Below, in pieces: positions 43,701 through 56,000 of a stretch of 64,000 nt of DNA (positions are counted from its first letter, which is position 1; each line of letters opens with the position of its first letter). The translations under genes and the position numbers were made by a program. The notes under the pieces are model-generated. The model was not told the origin of the DNA. It saw nothing but the letters and a program-made list of their open reading frames with translations, and searched no databases. Source of the DNA: Trichoplax sp. H2 (taxonomy: Eukaryota); assembly GCA_003344405.1 (NCBI GenBank), contig NOWV01000284.1, forward strand, positions 1 to 64,000. Reading direction: 5' to 3'.

Positions 43701-44446
43701 GGTTGAAAAAAGGAAAAATGATATTTGCAATCTTATGCTATATCCACTATTTCTAGTAAACTTGATCGGCTTGAACAAGCTAATGCAATCATTTTTTCTC
43801 ATTTAAATTCTTATTTATAGACTATAAAAAAACTTTTCTCGACCATGGAATGCATCTTAAGTGGCGGATAGATCAGTGGCGACTATAAATGCTACTACCT
43901 GATCTTGCAAAATAACCAATTATCTGTAAATTATATCTTTTCGAGTTTATGTATTGGTTGAAAATCAAAAGCTGAAAGCTTTATCTCAAATTGCTTTACA
44001 AAATGAATTTATACTCGTCTATGGTAGCCTTAGATTGTGAATGTTAGTAGACGTTGTTTGTAGAATAATGAACTACTAGTATATTAGTTCAAAGTTTATC
44101 GATTGATTTACGGTTAAAGTCTGAATACTAGGAAATTAGTTTAACTCCATTTTAAAGTTTGCCTTGCAATAGGGAATAAGTAAACTAATCTATAAAATCA
44201 CATTTTATAGTACAACTCAAATCAATGGAAGAGTTAACGCAATGGTTGGGTTACCTGGCTATTCTTGCGTCTTTCACCGTTAATACATAATTTTAAAATA
44301 TCTTTAACATCGTCTAATGTCATAGCCATGTTGCCAATATCACTTTTACGCGCTTTAAGTAACTTCATAGCTATTTCAAAATCTTCAATTTGGTCAATCT
44401 GATCTTCAGTTAAACCAGAACCTAAAGTAAAAGTTGTTTCTCCCAT
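34762..44446 (-). CDS. Paralog C: dynamin-like GTPase (intact motifs) + helical stalk with hydrophobic segment + pseudokinase, ~1014 aa, 8 coding exons
   Basis: Exons 44446-44255, 41749-41539, 41432-41146, 39904-39764, 39248-38926, 38562-37369, 36665-36386, 35178-34762; phases compatible. G1 LLVVGESGAGKSSFINLLLGYDILP, G2 PTT, G3 LVIIDTPG, G4-like FICTHKD. Kinase fold with ITLN (no Lys), YKNLNLDT (no HRD), KLCEFG, YIAPE, DTYSFAMVMYEMWYG. Confidence 0.9.
42385..42905. repeat. Intronic diverged tandem duplication, ~280 bp period
   Basis: ATGGTCATT...GAAACTT.AATCTTAAA.GATCCCTTTGA...GGTTGTTG..CTACAG.CAATA.CCAAGTAATCAATGAAACTA occurs at ~42500 and ~42780. Confidence 0.85.
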
Positions 44447-47400
44447 TGTATATTATATACTGGTATATACAGGTTCGTCTATCTAGAGATGGTGTATCCT
44501 TATCATGTGGAGTATGTGTGCCTTGGATTGAAATTTTGAAAAAAGAACAAAGTTTGATTGTCTAAGATGTGTTTAATGTTCATAGACAAGAAAGAAGTCT
44601 TTCTAACAATACATCTAATTGATAGTTAATTTTTGGTGAATTAACGTCGTCTAGTCTACATCAACTTACTGAATGATAGAATAGCGGTGAATTCAATCAA
44701 AATGGTAATAATATCCTGTTGTGATGGTTATGGATGAAATAGATCAGCTTACTCGAAGATGGAAAAAACTAATGGCCTTATATGTCGACGCATTATTCAT
44801 TGATTTTGCAATTCCGGCATAATCTATCCAACAGCGAAGATTAATAAACAGCTCGTTTAATATCAAGCATAGCTTTGTATTCTAGGATTATGGCACATTT
44901 GAAGTTGTTTAATATTCAATATTTCTCTATCAACAAGAAAGGGCATTTTATTGTCGAACTTTGTTTATGATGTCATCATTGGCAGTATGGGGCACATTAA
45001 CATATTGCTACTAAATACTCAGATTCGAGGGGTATCGAATAAGCCCTCTTCAGCAGTAGCTAATGGAAGCGTTTACTTATCCCAATTGCTATACTATCCA
45101 ATACGAATAATGTTAATAATCATTATAAGACCACTTTGAGTTGTTTATAGTAGTACACTTTTTTTACCTCTTCAGTCAGATATATTTTAGAAGGGCATTT
45201 TTTAGTCAATTCTTGTATGAATCAATCGATCATTCATGGTCGATACTTAAAATAGATGTTATTTAGAGCAACACTTGCAAGTAATTATCACATAGCTTTG
45301 ATCCAACAAAGGAGTAGTTCTACCTAATTGGTATCCACTTAGGAGGTTAGCGATTGATGCAGAATCATCTCTGCGCTAGAATTAGAGCAGCTCGAATGAT
45401 TGTATTTTATATGGTATCTTATGCTTTATAGCTTTAATTTTTATATATAATTATGGAAATAATTCATTCTTGGCAGCAAATAGGCAAAGGGCAATTAAAG
45501 TCAAATAGACTGTATAGCATATTCTAAATCTTTTTTTGCCTAAAAAGTAGTTGTATTGCTCGAATCAGCTCAAAAGAATTTGCATACTGTCGTCATACTT
45601 TTTTTTATGCTTTTACATGGCTCACAAACCAAACCTGACCATTTAGTTTCTGTCTGTTGCAGTCCATGCAAAAGCGTACGTAGTCTACGTAAAAGTATTG
45701 TGTGTTTTAGGAATATATTGATTATGTAATTATTAATACAAAAATATGGCATGATCGATTAATTTATAAATAAATATCGACATTCTTCTTATTAAGTGGA
45801 ATAGTTAGCAGTGATATTATAGGCTTCTCTAAATTGCAATGATGGATCTTATTAGGACATTTCAACACGATAATATGGAATATGGAGACTAGATCAAAGT
45901 GCAAAATAGATTCGCATCATTCGAATTTACTAACTTACAACGAACAGCGATCAAGTTTCATATTGCTGTAGCTATCTCACTTTGATAGAAAAGAAAACAG
46001 GTGTTAACCATTACAGTTTTAAAACAGAGAGCTATTTTCGTCGACCTGCCTATTTAAATTGGCCGATTGAAAATGAGTTTGTTCTTACTTGTGTATTGAC
46101 GAGAGCAATCTTTGAACTCGATCGTATGGATAAAGAAACTTAGTATATCGCGTTAAAGTTAGAAAAATTTTTGTAACAAATTACTAGTAGCTTATTTTAA
46201 ATTAATCCTCTAGAGATACCTGATATTATCGCCATATCAAGTAGCTTAATATAGAACTTGAGGTGTGATTTACAATGATCTAAGGGAGGATAGGATAGTT
46301 TCTGATTACTGATTGTGTTATATCTTCAATTGTGCTTGATTAAGTCGTAAAGGCACCAACGAAAATTTTTATTACATGTTATTTAAAGAGTACTCAGTAG
46401 TAAATGAATGATTAGCAGACTTGTAAATAAATGGAAAACATGCATTCATAGCAAATATAGAGATTATTGTGTAGGAATTAGGCCATTTTAATAGTTTATT
46501 ATACTACAAAGTTCGAAGATAAAATTGGTGAAAGATTTGAATCCAGTTTAGTAGTTAAGGATTAGATACGACTTAGTTATTTGGAAATGAATATACACAA
46601 TCTTATATTAGTCTTGATTGCTTATACCTTGAGGTAGATACTGCTAAAGCAATAATTAAAAATGACAGGAGTGAAAGAAAGAAAAAAACAGATTAAACTA
46701 GTACCGTGGCGACGATATATTCTATAATCATGTATAAATGAGGTTTTATCGGTTTTGCTCTCTCTATCTGCTGCTGTCTCGGAATTCACAATGATTAGGC
46801 TATATACTAACGCTATTCACGAAGATGGCATGAAATAAAAAGACTTAATTTGGCTAATATATAATAAACTCTGGAGTTGTCATTGAGCAGTTTGAAATCT
46901 AGAAACTAATGAAATACTTGAAAATGTTAATTGCTATTACTAGGAAGATCCTCAGCAGTTTCTACACAAGGTATAAATTACCCTATATCGACATCTACAT
47001 AGCAAATGATAGAATCCTAATCGCAACGAAGAAAGTTCAAAATTAGCAGCTGTCTACCCTAAAGTTTAAGCCTAAACTATTCAACATCAATACCAAAAAT
47101 GTTAACTTACATCTTGGCACGGTTGAAAGAGACAAAGCAGTGCACGTCTATTATAGGATTAATCAATAATGAATAAACAACATCAAACTCTAAATTCAAG
47201 ATATAAAAATATCGCATCAATAAGCATGAAGGTGCTGTAGGGCATTTTTGCTCGTTATATTCATTTATCTATAGTAATATCGATCAATTTTTCTCGTTGA
47301 TTTAGTCCAATGGAATGTTATAACATCATGTAGCGTATTGTAGTTTTGTTACTATCAGTTTGTTGCTATTTCAGTACGTTACTTCGAGTAAAATAGAGTG

Positions 47401-47534
47401 GATCAATATCACTGGGAAATCCTTTTCCATATCTATAATATCATTTATGAGTTGTTACTGAAGTCATTTTAGTTCAAGGCCTATCTTGTCATCACCTAGT
47501 TGTGACATATTTAGAGAGCTCCGGAGTCCAACGC

Positions 47535-48035
47535 GGCATGACGCTTGTTGTACCGATCTCAGTATAAGTAAGACTAAGCTTGATTGCCGGTTATTTTGCT
47601 GCATGTTTTACAGTTGCACTTCGTTTTAGAACATATTAGATGCATGCTAGGATTTGAATCTATCAAACATATTTTTCGACTTCAAAGTTATTTTACTGTA
47701 CTGTATATCGACGTGGCGCTTGTTATATCGATAAGAGTATTAGTAAGACTAGGCTTCATTGCCGGTTATTTGCTCTACGTTTTACGCAAACACCTCGTAT
47801 GATAAGTCTTAAACCTGACATACTTGTGTTTATTTCTCGATTCCAAAGTTACTTTACAGTACATCGACATGACCTTGTTATATCGGTGCGAGTATTAGTA
47901 AGACAGGGCTTGATTGCTGGTTATTTACTCCATGTCTTACGGATGATATTCTTCTTTTTATTACCTAGTACTACGTACGCGTATATGCTAGGATTTAAAC
48001 CGGGTATACTTATTTTTTGACTCCAAAGTTACTTT
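47535..48035. repeat. Tandem repeat, 3 copies of ~155-175 bp
   Basis: CTTGTT.TA.CG...AGTAT.AGTAAGAC..G.CTT.ATTGC.GGTTATTT...CAAAGTTA.TTTA recurs at ~47545, ~47720 and ~47875. It explains the similar ORFs 47584..47802 and 47799..48020. Confidence 0.9.
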
Positions 48036-49269
48036 AACCTGTATTTGTTGACAATTAGAAGTTGGATGACATTTAAAAATATCTCACTTGGTGGTTGTGT
48101 ACAAAGTTATTCAAACGATGCTTTATGCCAATATATAGAAGGGATAAGTTTTATTTTATTATCATTGCATGGTAGTCACTCTGAAGCCCCCCTACCATTA
48201 GAACTTGATGAAAATATTTACTAGACTATAGCATTCGCTGTGATATTCACGTGTAAAAATTGCTCTCTTCACACTTAATCCGAACCATCTAAGGATATAT
48301 TCAATTGGTAATGAATTAATTCAGATATTTCGAGGTCGTTGGATGACCAAAATGATCTTAAATGCGGTGCAGTGATATTGAGTTTAACTGATTAGGAGAG
48401 TACTTTTACTTTACTTGCTGTGAATTTAAGTCATATACCGTGCAATCTAGTACGCATAGAGTACATTGCTACTTAACCAATTCTTGGAGTACTTTGCTAA
48501 AACTGTCCATGGATACATGGTATATCCCTCACTCATTTTTAGTAGCCAGTGGTTCAGGTTTCGGTCACGGTAAATTTTTAGGAGTGGTACACTCCAACTT
48601 TTACATAAGAGAGAGTTTTTTGTACCAGATTGGTTGTGAGAATTTCATACTTGATAAAACACTTGTGCACAGACTTGTGCACACATAAAAAGAGTCTTCA
48701 AGCTGATATTATTGAAAAATATTTATCCAACGATAGTGAATAAACACTTTACATTCCTGTTGATCGGATGTTTAATGAACTTGTGAGTCATTTTGGGGTC
48801 GAGATCAGTTAGAAGTTGTCCTTATATAGCGGGAATATACATTATAATTGATTATTCGATACTTGCCTATCGATATTATTGGCAGGAGATTGGAGGTATT
48901 TTTTTTGCGTCTTTCGACAGTAGACAATTAAGAAAAGCAGAAGTACGAGTACACTGGTATGCGTTTTATGCGATCAGCATAAAAACTTACTGTACTTATA
49001 CTCTATGTCACTATAGGATTTTCCACCATTTTCTAGCTAGATATATGAGATCAGCTAGTCAAGATTGTCAATACACTGGCCTGCTTCTTATTTAAGCTTG
49101 TAGATTAGGATACAATAATGCCGGTATGGAATGGCAATCCAGATTGCGCTACACTTTACTAGGATTCTTTCGATATCTTACTGAGTTTACGTCAGGTAGA
49201 TATTTCGTCTTAGTAATAATGCATGATTTATTATTAGATCGTGATCGGAAGGAGTATTTTTCTATATCC

Positions 49270-49955
49270 GTTGACAGCAGATGATTCAAGAAAGCTCAGA
49301 CACATCTATTATGCAAATTGAATAAAAGTATAGTATAATAAAATAATATACTCTGTACTCTCAGTAGCAATCGAATTTTTCGTATGCATGATCGGCTAGT
49401 CAAGGTTGCATCAGTAATAGTAAGGTGTACTTTATTGAGGTTTGCTGAATGGTATATAAAGTAGATATTAAATAGCACTCCAGCTTACACTATTATGCGC
49501 GTATGGTGTACTTTATTTGGAGTCTTTCGATTGAATGATCTTAATGAGGATTAGTTAGATTATGGACTACTAAAAATACCAGTGCATCGTTAGATACTAT
49601 TCTTAGTCAAAACTAATTCTTTATTGGACCATAATGGAGAGGAGATACGTGTATTTAAAAAATAATCCTTTGACAATAGATGATTCAAGAAAGCATAGGT
49701 ACACCTATTTTGCGAAAGTATTGCATAAGTAGAGCATAATACTGTATTCTATATAGCTATGAAAATTTCGTATGGTTGGATATGGTATTCGGTTTATAAT
49801 AAGGTTGTTGTCATCGACATCGATGGTGGCATGCATTTTATTAAGGTTTGCTGAATTGAATAATGTAGGTATGTGAGCTTGCATGGATAGCCGATGTATA
49901 CATTCTACTGCAATTGATGGGCACCAACTAGGGGTCTTTCGATTGGATGATATAC
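49270..49955. repeat. Diverged direct duplication, ~400 bp period
   Basis: AGATGATTCAAGAAAGC...ACAC.TCTATT...GGTTTGCTGAAT...GTCTTTCGATTG.ATGAT occurs at ~49279 and ~49678. Confidence 0.8.
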
Positions 49956-50735
49956 GAATACTCATAGAATGATATGGAATGGACAGTTGGATACATTTCA
50001 TTTGCATATTTTGCTTGCAATTTTACTTCAAGAAGGAATCGGCTCTGCAGACGAGTCCAATGAGTTGCACGCACCAGGCTGTAATGCGTGAAAAGAAAAT
50101 TTTTCTTGCCGTAGGCGATCAATGAAACAGCAATTGGTGTCCATTGATTCATCTAGTTAGAGCAATATTGATTGTATTTTACATTGATGACACAAAGTGA
50201 TCTATCCATCGAGGTAATGGAAAGTTTTTTCTACCTCCATGCATCCATCATAGAATACCTACTTCACCGTAACAAGGACTCGAAAGAGAAAATGCTGTCA
50301 TGAATGAAACCATCTGTCTATCCGTAGCTTCCATGCACCGTGTACCGGATTCACTAGCTGCAGCTATCTCAGAGTCAGGGACTGCTATAATAACTAGTAT
50401 ACTAATAGTGTAAGACCGATACACTACACTGTCGACCGCTTACAGTATGTTGCCGATCCCTTCAGTTAAGACCAGGGGTCTGAAATGGTCCCTATGGAGA
50501 TTGGGCACTGGGCCGGCACGAGTTATTTGGTGAGCAACTTGAACTACTTTAAAAGTAAAATTTTCTTAGTTAGGTAACGAGATCGCGATAATTACTACTT
50601 TAGTATGGCTCAGGATTGATAGACAATGCTATCGTTTACTGTGGTAGAACATGGTAATAGCCTTTGTTATGCTTTTACTATAGGTAAAAACAATAATTGT
50701 AATCGAAGTGAAAGAATAAAGCTGATTAGAAGGTA

Positions 50736-51555
50736 ATGGAATCTGATAGCAAGTTAACCTCGGAGGAATCGGAAATTTCGTTGCCATCTTCCATCATCGA
50801 TGATGGTTGTTGTGTTGCTCCATTTTATACGCAAAATGATTCATTGAACGATGATGCAACGTGTTGGAAGAATGAAGAAAACGATAATATTAATAATGAT
50901 CATTCGCCTACTTACATCACTTGCCCTACTGGCTTGAATGACCAAGATAGTATCAATCGCAATCTAACAACTCATCATACGGATGATGATGGAGATAATT
51001 TGCATGATCGCTTGACCAATTTAATGCAAAAATTGGATACCACCCAATCATCAGTGGCAGTAAAAACTGTTGATAAATTATTAACTACGGCAATCAATCG
51101 TTATAGCGATGATCAATATCGTTGTAGAGCGTTCCAAATTGCTCGATGTATACTACAACAGTATGGAATGGAACCATTTCAATCTTTGCAAACAGATGTA
51201 AGTCTCATCTAATAGTATTTTGTAACCTTTTCTGCATCGACTGCAATATCATTTTTATACTTCTAGAAGTATTCGAGATTGTCTCTATGATATTCCTTCT
51301 AATTCACATAAAATCCATTGCATTAGCTGATAGATGATCATTTCGTGTAATTTGGATAGTGCTACGAAATGAAAACATGCTCGTTCTAGCTGAAAATTTC
51401 ACAGCATAGCAGTGACTATTTTACTCTTTAATTCTAATTTCACATGCTTTATCCTGCAGTATACTGGTGCTTTAGCTTTAGGCCATGCAGTAGTAAAGAT
51501 TCATAATGGCCCGCTACTTATAACATTGCACAAGTTTATCGATACTAAGATGTAA
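50736..51555 (+). CDS. Hypothetical protein, ~185 aa, acidic low-complexity N-terminus and predicted helical C-terminal domain
   Basis: Exon 50736-51197 ends GAT|GTAAGT; phase-0 exon 51460-51555 (CTGCAG|TAT ACT GGT...ATG TAA). No family recognised. Confidence 0.6.
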
Positions 51556-53078
51556 TCTGAGAATTTTATATCTTCTTCTAGTCATTAAAATACCCGGGAT
51601 TAACTCAAGATGTTCTAGATTATCTTAATGAAGTTCAGTTATCAACAATGGATGAAATAGCTACATCTTAGTCCAAGACCATAGCTTCTATTATTGCAAA
51701 CGGGCCAATTATTCTATAATATGCAAAGTAGGCTTGTCTTGTGATGACAGTTGCTATCTAGTGCTTATCGGTATCAAATTAGCCAGCCAAATCGATCATT
51801 TGTGATCTTCTGCAAATTTTGTAAATATTTGAAACAAGAATTCGTTGAAAACAGATTTTACTTAAAGGACTGTCTTTCTGTACGCTACGAAAGCTATTTT
51901 GGTAGTAATGCACTTATACTAAGATGTTTTAAATTAAGCGATTTTTGTCATAAAGTCACTGGAGGGTACATTATTCGTGGTATTATTTACTGTAGTTCAG
52001 CATAATTGGTATGCCTTATTGATTGCAATCAAATATGTGTGCCGTGTAGGTTATTCATATTTCCAGTTCTCGTGATATACAGTATATGACTTGAAGACGT
52101 TAATTACTAATAGTGTTAAACGTTCTAACAACATACTTGCAAGAATACATATTACATAATTCTTTGTGTGATACTGTACATAGTATTTATTGTCATCGTC
52201 ATAAATTTTGTACATATATTCGCTGACGTTAGTGTACATATAAATATATAGTACATATGCATCGTATAATTAATTACCCTATAAAGTTGGCCACTTCGGA
52301 GGTTTGCAGTACAGGTGGATGACATCGTTCAGGCTACTGTGACCGATAGCAATATTCTATTCATAATATAATTACATGTTGAATTTTTCCCAATCATTTT
52401 CTTGATCAATTATAATTATTGGTATTACTATTAATAAGTTTTTTAAATAGAAATTATAAAGTCCCGCAGAGAAATCAATGTTAACCTAATGAGATATATA
52501 AATTATAATCACGTTACGATATCAGTCATATGTATATGTTAATTTTCACTCTTTGCTACTTAATCTTTTCCATAATATCACGCCGTCAGCTTAAAAGTGA
52601 AATTAAAATAACTAAATTTACTTTAAATTATTTTCCATATTGAGGTATTGAATTGCGCACCTCATAAACTGATGCCAAAATCTTTATAAACTACAACATT
52701 TGAAAACAATACATTGTAGGTGCCTTAATTCAACTAAAATGCAGTAGGATATGGATTAAGGCATCGGCACGAAAACTTCTTTTTAAAGACTTGGTATTGT
52801 TCGAGATACTTTGCATTGTACAAGTAGTATTAATATTCAAAAATAAATCGACACTCATTGCAATGGTAGATTAAAAAATAGCAATGTACTGTTTGTAATT
52901 TTATCCATATAATAGTAGCATTATCAAATGGAAAGTCTCTGTAAACAACTATCTTAAGAATAACGATCTGAAATTATGATCCAAGTGAAATGCAGTCCCA
53001 AAATTACTTCAAAACTTTGCTGTACGTAGTAGATTAAAGTAGCTAAAAAGTAATTCAATATCGAATCAACGATAAAAT

Positions 53079-56000
53079 TCAAGTGCGATCAGTATATCTT
53101 GGTGTTGGACCTTCTGTAACAGTTTCCAAAAATGCCTCTGAACCTTGTGATGAAAACTGCTGCACTTTAAGATTGCAGTTATGTGGAAATATAGTCTTAA
53201 TTTCGGAGTATAGATAGATTCTACATGATTTGGAGGATATAAACCTGTGTAAGATTACACCAAAACGTTAAGATTGAAAATAGCTTCATCGCTGAGTATA
53301 AATTTCATTCAAAAATTTTATTGACTGCGAGTAAATGATTGTTAGTTAGTTACTCATAACCTACCTTAAATGAATAACGTATAATAGTGTATGTTTATCC
53401 TATCATAAAGGATGTTCAGAAATTAGTGTCATTGCACTTAAAGTACTGCACACAATAAAGTATCAAATAGCGCTAATTTAAAATTAGCTAAATGGTCAAT
53501 TTCAAACGTACCGATCTCCTATTCGTCATTATAGTAGTTCTTTGGCGTAAAAAAGTTTTCGATTTACCGGGCATGTCACTAAGGTCATAACTTGATTTAA
53601 ATACTTTAATAATAGTTTCTTGCGGATTATAGATTGTCTGTTCAGGAGAAAGAGCGAACTTCTTGATGAGTGATTCAATAATAAACATTATTAAATAGGT
53701 CGAAATAGATAGGAAGAAAGTCGATACTACGAATCATATAGTACATCCTAGTCTTGCGTAATCTCGTATATGAAAGTTTTGCTATAAAAGGCGAAAATGG
53801 GTAAATTTGATATTGAATCAGCTTTTTACTTACCATGTTTAAAGTACCTTTCTTTGGGATATGATACCGTGATTTATTCAAAAATTGCAAGGTTGCTATC
53901 CCCTACAGAATCAGCAGAATAAATATTAAATTCAAACAGTAGTAGGCTTTAAGGATCTAGTACAATCTGCTATTTGTACTCATAGTCTAGTAGATTGCGG
54001 TTTGAATATCTTACCAAATAAGGCGATGGCGCTTTATTGTCTGAAACGTTATAGTAAAAGGTATTCATAGGCAGGGTAACTATTTGCGCTGATGAACCGA
54101 CGACGCTTAAGGTCAATTTAAATCCCTAAATTTGGTTATCGCAATATTGTTAATTAATACAAACATTTGGTTAATAGAAGAACTAATATTAATGCAAAGT
54201 TCAATTGGAACTTGGAATTTAATACGAACGTACTTGAATTCTACCCGACGATTCGAGTCGATTGTTTAGTACAGATTCCTGAGTGCAATATTTACAATGG
54301 CAATATAGTTAGCATTAGCTATATGAAGCATGAAGATACAATTTGTGTTTTTAAGCACTTGATCTTCTTAAGTACCCGAATAAATAATGATATTCGTTTA
54401 TTTGAGCATTAAAACCATGGTGAGTATAAACAAAAAGTAGCTACTTTATAAAATAACTGCAAATATCTAATTTTTACAGTAATTATACATATATCGAACG
54501 TTTAAAGTGCTAAAGTATTTTAGGTAAAACATTACTTCAAAATTTCCAAGAAGTCGCTGTTCATGAAGGCCAATTGGTGGGCTTGAACATCGCTTTTGAT
54601 GCACTAACAATCTCTGACCCTAGAGGAATCATCATACAATTAGACTATTTCATTTTATATCACCTTCCAGATAGGTATAGCACGACTAACATCGTTACTA
54701 TTATTGAATTGGCGTAAAAGAATTTTGATTCTTATCTCACCTTGACAAAAGCTGTAACATTGCCTGAAATTCTATGTAAAGCGAAGGTAATGACAAATTA
54801 CAATCAAATAGAACAATTTTGAGGCTAGTAGCACTAGCAATATACCGTATTATCTACAGTCAATTAATCATATTTGTTGTGGCGGTATCACAATAGCGTA
54901 ATCGACGCTCAAATTACATACTGTACCCAGTACATCTAACTTACTGCGTAGGACTCTCGGCGGTTAAGAGCTTCGAATGCCTGTCTACTTCCTATCAAGA
55001 AAAATGTATATCTGATTTAGTTCCTATAATCTAATGAATTATATATTGTAAACTATAAGAGTTTTTCTGGATTAATTATACTCGTAATATTCAAGAGGAC
55101 ACAAAAATTTAAGTAAATAAATACAAATTATTTCTATAGTCATGTCCAAGTAATATGTTACCACAGGACATAAAATGGCCACACTTCACTGATATTGATG
55201 GTACCTATCTTTTTGTAGGTACAGGGTGTTCTAAAATATTACTTTTAAAAAATTTATTTCCTCACTTTTCTAATAAATTAGTTTTACCGTACCGTTGGAC
55301 TTCGCGTGGAGGTGTTAATATTAACATCCACTGGGGCGGGAGTGGCACCAGAGGAAAGCTTCGGCAAGTGTAGTAAAGACCGACGAGTTGTATCGGTTTC
55401 TTTCGTATTTAAACCTGACTTTTGCTTATAAGATCCTAATGATGACGAGCGACGCCGATAATTGTTACTGTCGTCATCAATATCGTTTGCACTCTGTGTT
55501 AATTCTTTTAAGTGCAATCTAAATAATAGCATTTTAAAACGTGACACATTCGAATGACGGGGTGAAATTGGGCTTGATACTTTTACTTCTTGAGTGCTAC
55601 TTGAATGTTCTCGATCGCTGAAACTTTTCGATCGAAATCTTAGCACAGATTTTTTATGAACGTTTGCCATAGTAGTTTTATCCGTAAGATCGCTATCTCT
55701 ATCGACTTTATCTTTCATCTTGGGCGATAAATTAGCTGCCGATGTTGCTGGCTTTGTTGTAGCTTTAGTTACTTTCTTATTGATAGCATCGCGGTGGCTT
55801 GCTGTTTCATTGTTGCTTTCAAAACTATCCTTCGAAATTGGATCAATTGTTTCAGTCTTTTGTTTATAGAAATTTTTTGTTTCAGGTTTAGCTATTTCGA
55901 TATTTTTACGGTTTGGAGATGAATTATAATGATTTCCAATCTCATATGACTCATTGCCGTTATTGCTACCATTTTTTTGATTCATAGAGTCTATATGTTT

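Noticed and set aside
18681..44446. ROCO/LRRK-type GTPase-kinase
   Set aside because: The G-domain motifs and the long helical stalk with a hydrophobic segment fit the dynamin-like class; no COR, LRR or WD40 signature is visible.
45500..47300. Exon-like fragments on + (e.g. TAG|EDPQQFLHK|GT near 46944)
   Set aside because: No consistent exon chain or homology could be built.
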